A stretch of 64,000 nucleotides of DNA from an uncultured Gemmataceae bacterium (GTDB lineage: Bacteria > Planctomycetota > Planctomycetia > Gemmatales > Gemmataceae), in contig CAVVPN010000011.1 of assembly GCA_963750165.1 (NCBI GenBank), positions 96,001 to 160,000 on the forward strand, in the 5' to 3' direction. The position numbers and the translations under genes are program-made. The notes under the pieces were generated by a model. It saw only the letters and a list, made by a program, of their open reading frames with translations, was not told the origin of the DNA and did not search any database. Positions 50,251 through 59,476 of this stretch are shown here, in pieces (positions within the stretch are counted from its first letter, which is position 1; each line of letters opens with the position of its first letter).

Positions 50251-50360
50251 TCTTATCTCTCCCGGCCGGACCGGGAGGGAGTTAGCACCAGCATCAGCCT
50301 GGCGGCCGACCGGTTGCTGTGGCTTCAACGGGCCCTGTCCCTCAGCCACTCTGGATAAGA
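50251..50360 (-). promoter_or_regulatory. SAM-I (S-box) riboswitch aptamer
   Basis: Minus strand CTTATCCAGAGTGGCTGAGGGACAGGGCCCGTTGAAGCCACAGCAACC...GGTGCTAACTCC...GAGATAAG matches the S-box consensus. Confidence 0.95.
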
Positions 50361-50473
50361 TACCAGCCAAATTGTCGTTCAGGTCGCGGCCGGTTTTGCG
50401 GCCGACCGCATTAAACAGATATTATGCGCCGCCCCGGTGGCAAGCAACTGTTTTTCGATGGATTTTCGAAAAA

Positions 50474-51763
50474 TCACGACCGCAGCAACAGCACCAGTCC
50501 CACCAGCAACAGCAGCACCAGCCAGAAGGCGCCCAGGCCGAGCGCCACCCATTTGAAGTAACCCAATCCCTGTCTCGCCTCCGGCAGTGGCAGGTCCGCG
50601 CTGGCCAGGTCGGCCCCTTCGCCGCGGCTCAACGCCTGCACCGCCTGGTAAAACCCCGTGTCCTCCGGCCGGTCCAGCGGCAGCCCCGGCGCCGCTTCAG
50701 CCCAGGTCAGCAGTTCGCTCCGCAACTCCGTCGCCGTGGCCACGCGGCGGGCCGGGTCCTTGGCCATCAGGCGCCGCACCAGCGCGGCGAAGGCCGGCGG
50801 CACCGTGCGGTTCAGCTGCTCCAGCGGCGCCGGTTCCTCGCGGCGGTGGCGCTGAATCTTCTCCAGCGCCGTGCCGCCCGGGAACGGCGGCTTGCCGGCC
50901 AGCGCGAAGTACAGCGTACAGCCCAGGCCATAAATGTCCGAGCGCTGGTCCACCGCGGTGGCGTCCTGCGTCTGCTCCGGCGCGATGTAGTCCATTGAGC
51001 CGACGACATAGCCCTGTCCGCCAACCACTTCGCGCTCGGCGCCGGTCTCGCCCGCTATCAGCGCCAGACCCAGGTCGAGAATCTTGGCGTGGTCGTTGGG
51101 CGTAATCATGATGTTGGACGGTTTGAGGTCGCGGTGGATCAGGCCGCGGGCGTGGGCGTGCTCCAGGGCGGCGGCCACCTCCGCGAACAGCCGCGCCGCC
51201 CGCGGCACCTTCAGCGGCCCGTCCTCCGTGACGACGCGGTACAGGCTCTGGCCCCAGATGAACTCCATGGCGATGTAGTAGACGCTGTGGACCACTCCCA
51301 CGTCGAGGATGCGGACGATGTGCGGGTGCGCGACACGCCGCGATAGCTCCATCTCGCGGCGGAAGCGGGCGAGCATCCGCTCTTCCTCGCGGGCGCGCTT
51401 GGGCGGCAGCACCTTGAGCGCCAGCAGTGTCTGGTCGCGCTTGTCGCGCACCAGGTAGACGGTGCTCATGCCGCCACGGCCGATGGGTGCCAGCACCTGG
51501 TACGGCCCGAGCACCAGACCGCGGGCCGCCCCCTTCAGCAGTTTTTGCGCCTGGAAGCGCGACAGCTTGCCGGTCTTGATGAGGTGTTCGGCGAGCAGGG
51601 CGGGGTCGGCGCGCTGTTCGCGGCTGACGCCCTGGACGGCGACCTGGAGCTGGGGCCGGTCGAGCAGGCCGCTGCGCAGGATGGACTTGAGGAACTCGGA
51701 CACCGCGGTGGAGTCGGCGCCCGGGGCGGGGTCGGGGCCTGGCGGTATCGCGGCGTTGGGCAT
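50474..51763 (-). CDS. Ser/Thr protein kinase with C-terminal TM helix
   Basis: IGRGGMSTVY, ALKVL, IHRDLKPSN, DLGLA, GSMDYIAPEQ, SDIYGLG. Confidence 0.95.
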   Translation of the reverse strand: MPNAAIPPGPDPAPGADSTAVSEFLKSILRSGLLDRPQLQVAVQGVSREQRADPALLAEHLIKTGKLSRFQAQKLLKGAARGLVLGPYQVLAPIGRGGMSTVYLVRDKRDQTLLALKVLPPKRAREEERMLARFRREMELSRRVAHPHIVRILDVGVVHSVYYIAMEFIWGQSLYRVVTEDGPLKVPRAARLFAEVAAALEHAHARGLIHRDLKPSNIMITPNDHAKILDLGLALIAGETGAEREVVGGQGYVVGSMDYIAPEQTQDATAVDQRSDIYGLGCTLYFALAGKPPFPGGTALEKIQRHRREEPAPLEQLNRTVPPAFAALVRRLMAKDPARRVATATELRSELLTWAEAAPGLPLDRPEDTGFYQAVQALSRGEGADLASADLPLPEARQGLGYFKWVALGLGAFWLVLLLLVGLVLLLRS

Positions 51764-51870
51764 GGGACACGTCGGCAAGGGGATCCGAGGCGATTGATCC
51801 GGGATGATTGGGGTTGATCGTAAAGGATGACCGCGGCGGTGTCAAGAATGGGGGTGCGCCACTCGATGTT

Positions 51871-52082
51871 GGCGAGCGGCGCGACGTTAGCGCGACTGGC
51901 GGGCGGCGGTAACGCCCAGCCCTGTTCTCCAGTGCCCCGCAGAGGTGTGGGGGAGTAACATGGCCACATGGCCACACGGCGCGCCCCCCACCGGCCCCGC
52001 CGTGGCAACCGGCGGCACCACCGGACACGCTACCCCCGCCGGTACGACGAAACACCGGCGGGCTGACGTCGCGCCGCTCGCC
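51871..52082. repeat. Family A REP doublet whose left arm is interrupted by ~144 bp
   Basis: GGCGAGCGGCGCGACGTTAG (51871-51890), insert, then CCCGCCGGTA...ACCGGCGGGCTGACGTCGCGCCGCTCGCC (52035-52082). Confidence 0.7.
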
Positions 52083-52092
52083 AGGCGTTGCG

Positions 52093-53469
52093 CTAATCGA
52101 TCTTGTCCGGCCGGCGGCCGACGTGCAGCGTCACCTGGCGGCGCTGGTCGCCGCGCAGTACCTCCAGCGTCACCTGCTGGCCCGGCGACTTTTCCAGCAG
52201 CCACTGGGTCAGCTGCTGCGACGGGTTGTCCGCGTCGAGCAATTCATTGTCGAAACCGACGATGATGTCGCCCGGTTTGATGCCGGCCTGCTGCGCCGGC
52301 TGGTCGGGCTGCACCTCCATGATTTCAACGCCGCCGACGTTGCGTTTGAGCAGCCCCAGTTGCCTGGCGCGCTCGCGTGGCAGGTTCTTCAGCGCCACGC
52401 CGATGTAGCCGCGCGGCAGTTCGCCGAGCGTGGCCAACTTGTCGAAGATGGCGCGGGCGGTGTTGCTCGGGATGGCGAAACCGATGCCCTCGTTGCGGCC
52501 GCTCTCGCTGGCGATGGCCACGTTGACGCCGACCAACTTGCCGTACTGGTTGAACAGCGCCCCGCCGCTGCTGCCCGGGTTGATGGCCGCGTCGGTTTGC
52601 AGCAGTTCCGCCCGCGTGATCCTGTCCAGCAACCGGCCCTTGGCGCTGATGATGCCGTGCGTCACCGTCTGCTTCAGGCCGAGCGGACTGCCGATGGCCA
52701 GCACCAGGTCGCCGCGGTCCACGTCGCGGTCGCTGTCGGCGAACTCGGTGGTGATGTCGTAGTCGGGCCGCAGGCAGGCAGGCGGCTCCGGCAGGCACAG
52801 CACCGCGAGGTCCATCGGCCGGTCGGAGAAGGCGTGGCCGGCCACGTCGAAGGCGATGCCCTGGCCGCTGGCGAACGTCACGCGCAGCCGCGTCGCGCCG
52901 CGGATGACGTGGAAGTTGGTCAGCACGTAGCCCGGCTTGACGATCACACCCGAACCGACGCCCACCGACCAGTAATCGCGGCGTGTCTCGCGGTCGAAGT
53001 AATTCGGCGGCATTTTCTCGTGCCGGGCGGGCGGCTGGTCGCTGAAGCTGGTGACATTGACGACATGCGGCGTCACCTTCTGCACGACGGCGCGGAAGCC
53101 GAGCGAGACGAGGTTAACGCGGCGGTCGAGCACATCAAGGAGGCGTTCGGCCTCGTCGGCCTCGGCACGCAGCTCGGCGCGGCGCTGGGCGTAGAGGACT
53201 TCCGCCCTGGCCTGGCCGTCGAGGACGAGCCAGCGGGCATGCAGCAGCGGGATGGTGAAGACGAGCGTAAGCGTGACCACCAGGAAGACAGCGACGAACA
53301 GCAGGGCGCCGCGCCAGGCACCGCGGCGCGGCGGGGTTGTTAGCGGAGCGCGCGGCTCCGGGACGGCGACGGTGGTGTGCGGGACGGGCGGCACGGCCAC
53401 GGGGGTGAATGCCCCGGTGGGCGCGGGGTCAGGCGTTGGCAGTATGGGACCGGCGTCCAGGTTGTCCAT
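52093..53469 (-). CDS. HtrA/DegP-family serine protease with one PDZ domain
   Basis: GSGVIV, LTNFHV, DLAVL, IGSPLGL, QTDAAINPGSSGG, GIGFAIP; N-terminal TM. Confidence 0.93.
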   Translation of the reverse strand: MDNLDAGPILPTPDPAPTGAFTPVAVPPVPHTTVAVPEPRAPLTTPPRRGAWRGALLFVAVFLVVTLTLVFTIPLLHARWLVLDGQARAEVLYAQRRAELRAEADEAERLLDVLDRRVNLVSLGFRAVVQKVTPHVVNVTSFSDQPPARHEKMPPNYFDRETRRDYWSVGVGSGVIVKPGYVLTNFHVIRGATRLRVTFASGQGIAFDVAGHAFSDRPMDLAVLCLPEPPACLRPDYDITTEFADSDRDVDRGDLVLAIGSPLGLKQTVTHGIISAKGRLLDRITRAELLQTDAAINPGSSGGALFNQYGKLVGVNVAIASESGRNEGIGFAIPSNTARAIFDKLATLGELPRGYIGVALKNLPRERARQLGLLKRNVGGVEIMEVQPDQPAQQAGIKPGDIIVGFDNELLDADNPSQQLTQWLLEKSPGQQVTLEVLRGDQRRQVTLHVGRRPDKID

Positions 53470-53610
53470 GTGCAGGAACCTCAGCGGGGAGAGTCGCGAC
53501 GGCGGGCGGTCCACCGGGGGCAGCGCGGCGCCAGTTCATGGTAGCGGAAGGGCGGGCGACGGGGAAGCGAAATGAGCGGTTGCAATGTGGCCGACCGGTA
53601 CAGACACCGC

Positions 53611-53640
53611 TTGACAGAAGCTAGACGACAACTGTACACT
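53611..53640 (+). promoter_or_regulatory. Sigma70-like promoter
   Basis: TTGACA-N18-TACACT, 50 bp before the VOC gene. Confidence 0.55.
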
Positions 53641-53690
53641 CCCTCGTGTAATTCGTCCCCCATTACTTTGAATGGAAGGAGACCCATTTC

Positions 53691-54188
53691 ATGCCCATCC
53701 AAAAAATTACGCCCTTCCTGTGGTTCGATCATCAGGCGGAAGAGGCGGCCGGCTTTTACACGTCGATTTTTCCGAACTCAAAGATCGTCAAGGTGGTCCG
53801 CTACGGCGATGCCGGTCCCGGCCCGGCGGGCTCGGCGATGACCGTGGAGTTTCAGCTTGAGGGCCAGTCGTTTGTCGCCCTGAATGGGGGGCCACACTTC
53901 AAGTTTACGGAGGCCATCTCCTTTGTGGTGAATTGCCAGACGCAGCATGAAGTGGATTCCTACTGGGAAAAGCTGTCCGTGGGTGGCGTCGAGGTCCAGT
54001 GCGGTTGGCTCAAGGATCAGTTCGGGTTGTCTTGGCAAATCGTGCCGACTGTGCTGCCTGAATTGTTGAGCGATCCCGACCCGGAAAAATCCGCGCGCGT
54101 CATGAAGGCGATGTTGACGATGAAGAAGCTCGACATCCGCGCGCTCAGGCAGGCTCACGACAAAGCGGTTCTCCCCCATTCTTGCTGA
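53691..54188 (+). CDS. VOC/PhnB-family protein (3-demethylubiquinone-9 3-methyltransferase-like)
   Basis: [44 protein letters not shown]. Confidence 0.92.
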   Translation: MPIQKITPFLWFDHQAEEAAGFYTSIFPNSKIVKVVRYGDAGPGPAGSAMTVEFQLEGQSFVALNGGPHFKFTEAISFVVNCQTQHEVDSYWEKLSVGGVEVQCGWLKDQFGLSWQIVPTVLPELLSDPDPEKSARVMKAMLTMKKLDIRALRQAHDKAVLPHSC

Positions 54189-54479
54189 TTTATAGGCACG
54201 GTTGTCCAGGTGTCCCTCGTGATTCCCAGCAACCGACGCCAACCGCACCCCCGACTATCAGCAGCAATGGCGGAGAACCGCTTTTCCGGAAGTTCACGCC
54301 GCCCTGAACGGCCAGCGCGAAAAGCTCTGCACGGATTCCAGTTGATCCTGTGGGCGTCAGGGAGCGGCGGCCGGGGGGAGGGCTTTGGCGACCTCTGCAT
54401 GCGGTTGGGGGCGGAGCGGTTGTAGGCGCTGCTGCCAGGGAACGTGGCGACCCGCGACCGGTTGCACAATGCTAACCCC

Positions 54480-54520
54480 GTTTCCGTTTTGCGCGGGCAG
54501 CATCCGCGCGAAACGGAAAC
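54480..54520. repeat. Palindrome family C, second copy
   Basis: GTTTCCGTTTTGCGCGG-N7-CCGCGCGAAACGGAAAC. Confidence 0.75.
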
Positions 54521-54581
54521 GGCGTTCATGTTGCACGGCCTCCCGGATCGGCTATGCTGGGGAACACTTCAGGAGGCCGCC

Positions 54582-57050
54582 ATGACCCGCTCAGCCCTTG
54601 TGCTCGCGTTCTACCTCTGCCTGTTGCCCGCCGCGGTCACCGCCCAGCCGCCGCCAGTGCGCCTCGACCACCACGGCGATCCGCTGCCGCCCCACGCCAT
54701 CGGCCGCATCGGTCCGGTGCGCTTCAATCACGGGGACAGCATCAACGCGCTCGCCTTCTCCCCGGACGGCAAGACCATCGCGTCCATCGGCGAACACGGG
54801 GTCCTGTTCTGGAAGACGGCCACCGGCCAGTTGCTCGGCGAATACCGTCTCGACGAAGCCGCCTACTGTCCGCACCTTGCCTTCGCGCCCGACGGCAAGC
54901 ATGTGGCCATCGTGTGCGCGGCATCCGCCGTGGCCCTGTACGAGGTCGCCACGGGCAAGGTCGCCCGCAAACTCACCTGCGACAATTTCGTCAGGATGGT
55001 CCGGTTCGCGCACAACGGCCGCCTGCTGGCGATCGAGGCCCGCGGCCTCATTCAGTTGTGGGACACGGCCACGGGCAAATGCCTCCGCACCGTTCGGTAC
55101 GGAGACGAATCGGCGCTCGACCTGGCGTTCAGCGCCGACGACCGCACGCTGCTGGCGATCCGCGACGGCGCCCTGCGGCGCTGGGACGTGGGCACGGGTA
55201 AACTGCTCGGCGCGTCGCAACTGCCGGGGTCTCTGGTGACGGCCGCCCGGTTTTCTCCCGACGGCTCCGTCCTGGCGGCCTGTCAGTTGAATCGCCGCTG
55301 GGGCCTGTGCCTCGACCGCGTCTGTCTCTGGGACGCCGCCACCGGCGAGCAACTCCGCTACCTGCCGCCCTGGGTCCAGGGGAATTTTTTTTCCAACGAC
55401 GAGCTGGCCTTCTCGGCGGACGGCAAGACCCTGGCCTGTGTGATCGACGACGGCGTGCGGCTCTTCGAGGTGGCCACCGGCCGGGAACTCCGGCACCTGG
55501 AGCAGTGGCAATGGGTGCGTCAACTCACCTTCTCCCCCGACGGCACCGCCCTCGCCTGCACGGACGGCTACCGCGTGCGCGTCTGGGACCTGGCGGCGAA
55601 CCGGGAGCGCGTGCCGCCGGGCAGTCATTCGACGCTGTGGCTTGACCTCGCCCTGTCACCGGACGGCAAACGGCTGGCCGCCTTCGACACCGAACGCGAG
55701 CAGGTCGGCCTCTGGGACACCGTCACGGGAAAGCAACGGTTGAGCCTACGCTGGCAGCCAGGCAGCGGTGACTGTATCGCGGTCGGGCCGGGCGGCGATC
55801 TTTTGGCGGTCGCCGCCCGCTCCGAGCACGTGTTCCTGCACGAACTCCCTTCCGGCAAGCACCGCTTCACGCTCGGCGGCCACAAAGAAGGCGTGACCGC
55901 GTTGGCCTTCTCCCCGGATCGCCAAACCCTGGCGGTGGCCAGCTACGACACCTGGATTCGCCTCTGGCACGTCGGCACCGGCAAGTTGCTGCGCACGCTC
56001 GAGGGCAAGGGCTCGCCAGACTGGTCCTGGCAGATCGCCTTTTCCCCGGACGGCGCACTGCTGGCGAGTGTGACAGACAATGTAACGCCGGGCGTGCGGC
56101 TATGGGACGTGGCGACGGGTGCGTCGAAAACCGTTGGCCCCGACGACCGGGAAGCGGCCTTCGGCGGCCACTGTGTGGCCTTCTCGCCGGACGGCCGGCT
56201 CCTGGCCGTGGGGCAGGACATAGGCAGTGTGGTGCGGGTGCTGGAACTCGTTTCCGGGAAAGTGATTTGGGAAAAGCAGCACCAATCGCGACAGGGGCAG
56301 TTGAGGGACATGGCGGTGGTCTTCTCGGCGTGCGGCCGCGGCCTGGTGAGCGGGCACCCGTCCGAGGTGCGGGTGTGGGATGCCTGGACCGGCGCGACCC
56401 GAGCGCGCCTGGACGGCCACCGCAACCGGGTGTGGCGGCTGGCCGTGTCGCGGGACGGCGGCGTGCTCGCCTCCAGCAGTTCGGACGGCACGGCCCTGCT
56501 CTGGGACATTCGCCCGCTGGTCCGCCCGCAGCCGCAGCCAGCGAAGCATACGCAAGCAGCGCTGCGGGCGGCCTGGGACGACCTGGCCGGGGCGGACACG
56601 GCGAAAGCGTACGTGGCCCTGGCCGCCCTCGTGGATGCGGGCGACCCGGCCGTGGCGCTGGTGAACACTGGGTTGCGGCCGGTTGCGCCGCTGGACGAAC
56701 AGCGGGTGAAAAAACTCCTCACGGATTTGGGCGACCCACGTTTCGCCGTGCGCGACCAGGCTACTGCTGGGCTGCGGAAGTACGGCGAATTGCTGGTGCC
56801 CACGCTGCGGCAACGGCTCAAAACCCCGACCTCCCTGGAGCAGCGGCGGCGCCTGGAGAGCTTGCTGGCGCTGTGGGAAGGGGATTCGCCGTCCGCGGAG
56901 GTGTTGCGGACGTGCCGCGCCGTGGCGGTGCTGGAGCACATCGGCACCCCCGCGGCCAGCGAGGTGCTACGGACGCTGGCCAACGGCGCCCCTGGGGCAC
57001 GGCTGACCCGCGAAGCTGCGGCCGCCCTCAAGCGGCTCACCCGTTCCTGA
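54582..57050 (+). CDS. Secreted WD40-repeat protein with C-terminal HEAT-like helical domain
   Basis: DHHGDPLPPHAIGRIG start; AFSPDG repeats; RAVAVLEHIGTPAA...REAAAALKRL. Confidence 0.92.
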   Translation: MTRSALVLAFYLCLLPAAVTAQPPPVRLDHHGDPLPPHAIGRIGPVRFNHGDSINALAFSPDGKTIASIGEHGVLFWKTATGQLLGEYRLDEAAYCPHLAFAPDGKHVAIVCAASAVALYEVATGKVARKLTCDNFVRMVRFAHNGRLLAIEARGLIQLWDTATGKCLRTVRYGDESALDLAFSADDRTLLAIRDGALRRWDVGTGKLLGASQLPGSLVTAARFSPDGSVLAACQLNRRWGLCLDRVCLWDAATGEQLRYLPPWVQGNFFSNDELAFSADGKTLACVIDDGVRLFEVATGRELRHLEQWQWVRQLTFSPDGTALACTDGYRVRVWDLAANRERVPPGSHSTLWLDLALSPDGKRLAAFDTEREQVGLWDTVTGKQRLSLRWQPGSGDCIAVGPGGDLLAVAARSEHVFLHELPSGKHRFTLGGHKEGVTALAFSPDRQTLAVASYDTWIRLWHVGTGKLLRTLEGKGSPDWSWQIAFSPDGALLASVTDNVTPGVRLWDVATGASKTVGPDDREAAFGGHCVAFSPDGRLLAVGQDIGSVVRVLELVSGKVIWEKQHQSRQGQLRDMAVVFSACGRGLVSGHPSEVRVWDAWTGATRARLDGHRNRVWRLAVSRDGGVLASSSSDGTALLWDIRPLVRPQPQPAKHTQAALRAAWDDLAGADTAKAYVALAALVDAGDPAVALVNTGLRPVAPLDEQRVKKLLTDLGDPRFAVRDQATAGLRKYGELLVPTLRQRLKTPTSLEQRRRLESLLALWEGDSPSAEVLRTCRAVAVLEHIGTPAASEVLRTLANGAPGARLTREAAAALKRLTRS

Positions 57051-57118
57051 CCGGCCCGCCAGGTCGCTCAGCGACACCCTCATGGGCAACAGCGACCATC
57101 GCTCCTGGCGAAAAGAAA

Positions 57119-57150
57119 AGCCTTGCGATTTCTCGCAAGGCTTCATTTTT
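57119..57150. terminator. Probable bidirectional terminator between the WD40 gene and the tRNA
   Basis: AGCCTTGCGA-TTTC-TCGCAAGGCT with A/T tracts on both sides. Confidence 0.7.
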
Positions 57151-57223
57151 ATCCCCGACAGGATTCGAACCTGTAACCTCTACCTCCGGAGGGTAGCGCT
57201 CTATCCAGTTGAGCTACGGGGAC
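57150..57223 (-). tRNA. tRNA-Arg (anticodon CCG), CCA not encoded
   Basis: GTCCCCGTAGCTCAACTGGATAGAGCGCTACCCT-CCG-GAGGTAGAGGTTACAGGTTCGAATCCTGTCGGGGATA folds as a cloverleaf. Confidence 0.96.
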
Positions 57224-57238
57224 GTTTGTGCTGTTCTT

Positions 57239-57267
57239 TTCTTACCACTACGCCCACCGGAGGTCAA
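57239..57267 (-). promoter_or_regulatory. Promoter of the tRNA
   Basis: TTGACC-N17-TAAGAA with a TG extended -10. Confidence 0.5.
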
Positions 57268-57813
57268 CGGCCTTCTCGTTTTTGTACCGGGTGGTTCGGT
57301 GTTGGCTCCTCTGCCCCGGTAGAGGATTGTATTCGCTCCGGGCGCGATAGGGGGTAGGGAATGAGCGCGGCCCCATGAGCTTTCAGGGGGGTGTGTGAGA
57401 TGATACGAGATGAAAGCCCTCCCTGGCACTTCCTCTATCATACCAGGCGGGTCGCACCTGGGGAACGGCCCGCGCTGCGGACGGTTCGGAATGAACTCCC
57501 TCCCTCCAGGGTGCCGGGAGGTAGCAGCGGTCAGCGGCGATTTGCGAGAATCAGAACCGCAGCCGCTACCATCCGCACGATTTCGCCCCCTTTCCCCCCT
57601 GGCCGGCAGCTTTCCTGATGACACAGGCAACGCGATTGCTACAATCATCTCCAGTGATGGCGACTCACACACCTCTTTGCCGAGCAACCCAGGCGTTCGC
57701 CCGTAAGGGTGTAAGTGGCAACCGTCCCGGCTGACGGCCGTTGCGGGGCTTGACGCGCGCCGCCTGTCGGTTACAACAACGGTTTACCCCAACCATTCAC
57801 GAGTACGGCACGC

Positions 57814-59211
57814 ATGCTGGCGTCTTCGATTTTTCTGGATTTCAACCTGCCCAACGCCACAACGTGGTTTTACTTCTCGTTGTTGCTGGCGGTGGCGCTG
57901 TTCTTCAAGTTTTCGCGCTTGCTCAGCTTCCGCAACTGGGACCTGCTGACCATTTACCTGCTCGTACCGGGCCTGTTGCTCGTGCAGGAGGCCCGGCCCG
58001 GCGTCACCACGCCGGAACGCCATCCCGCCACCGCCGTCACCTCGGTCGTCGGCGCCGTCGGCGGCCAGGCCGTGGCGCTGCCCGCCACCGGCGTCACCAG
58101 CGTGTCAGCGCTGGCCCGCACCAACGAACTGACGCCGCCCCGCACGCGCTGGCTCGGCTACCTCTGGTTGCTGGCCGGCTCCGCGTATCTGCTGCTCCGC
58201 TGCCTGATCGACCTGGCCCTGCAGCGCCGGCCGGCGCTGGCGCCCAACCTCAGCTTCGGCGGCATGGCCTGGTTGGCCGGGGCGCTGTTCGTCTGCCTGA
58301 TCGCCGTCGCTTTCCGCAGCACCGACCACCCCCCACCGCCGTCGCCCACCGCGCAAACCAAAACCACCGGTCAGGAGGAGCCGGCCAAGGTCGGCAAGGA
58401 GAGCGTTGCTCTCGACCTGGCGCAACGGCCCTTCGAGAACTGGGTGATGCGCGCCGTCGCGGTCGCCTGCCACCTGGCGGTGGTCCTTGGCCTGATCGTG
58501 CTGGCCTGGCGGCACTTCCAGGACGCCGCCACCGGCATGGCCGCGGCCACCTTCTACCTGATGCTGCCCTACACCGGCTACCACGTCGGCCAGGTCCATC
58601 ACGTCTGGCCGATGGCACTGGTCGTCTGGGCGCTGGTGCTGTATCGCACGCCCACCTTTTCCGGCATGCTCCTCGGTTTGGCCGCCGGCACCATTTACTT
58701 CCCCGCGCTGCTGCTGCCGTTGTGGCTGAGCTTCTACCGCGGCCGCGGCACCTGGCGCTTCCTGGCGATGTTCCTGCTGACGGCGGGGTTGGCCCTGGCG
58801 GTTGTCGGCGTCGTGCTGTGGTGCAGCGACGATCTGGCCCGCCGCGTCAGTGAGGCCATCGCTTTATCGGACTGGCAGCCGTGGAAGGTGCCCAACGCGG
58901 TCGGCGTCTGGACGGGGGTCCACTGGGCGTATCGCATCCCGGTGTTCATCGCTTACCTGGCGTTCGTGCTGACGACGGCGTTCTGGCCGAGTCCGAAGAA
59001 CCTGGGCCATCTGATCGCGCTGTCCGCGGCGGTGCTGATCGGCATTCAGTTCTGGTACGCGGACCAGGGCGGTGTGTATGTGCTGTGGTATCTGCCGTTG
59101 TTCCTGCTGATGATGTTCCGGCCGAACCTGTCGGATCGGCTGCCGCCGCCGATCGCGCGAGACGGACTGGCTGTTCCGCTGCGGCCGGGCGCTGGGCCGC
59201 GCGGCGCTGTG
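57814..59211 (+). CDS. Polytopic membrane protein (possibly GT-C/GT87 glycosyltransferase-like); frameshift near 59157
   Basis: Many TM segments; QFWYADQGGVYVLWYLP; plausible C-terminus ETDWLFRCG...PVARVR-stop in the shifted frame. Confidence 0.7.
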
Positions 59212-59259
59212 GCTGCTGAAACTCCCCGAGCCCGTGGCCCGCGTGCGCTGAATCGAAGA

Positions 59260-59373
59260 GGAGTTCACCACAAAGACACAAAGGAACACAAAGAAGACCA
59301 AGAGGAAAAGAAACCGTTTGTCATCCTGTATTTGTCTTTCCTTTGTGTTCCTTTGTGTCTTTGTGGTGAACTC
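59260..59373. repeat. Tandem-repeat (ACACAAAG) hairpin
   Basis: GAGTTCACCACAAAGACACAAAGGAACACAAAG...CTTTGTGTTCCTTTGTGTCTTTGTGGTGAACTC. Confidence 0.85.
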
Positions 59374-59476
59374 TCTTCCTCCCGCAACCTGCCCTTTTCT
59401 TTCGCCCGCGATCCTTTACAATTCCGCGTCGTTGGTCCTTCGTTCCCACCATCGTTCGGAGCAGGGAGGCTCGCGC

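Noticed and set aside
53600..57223. Genomic island integrated at tRNA-Arg (the VOC region looks lower in GC)
   Set aside because: No integrase, and I found no duplicate of the tRNA 3' end in the window
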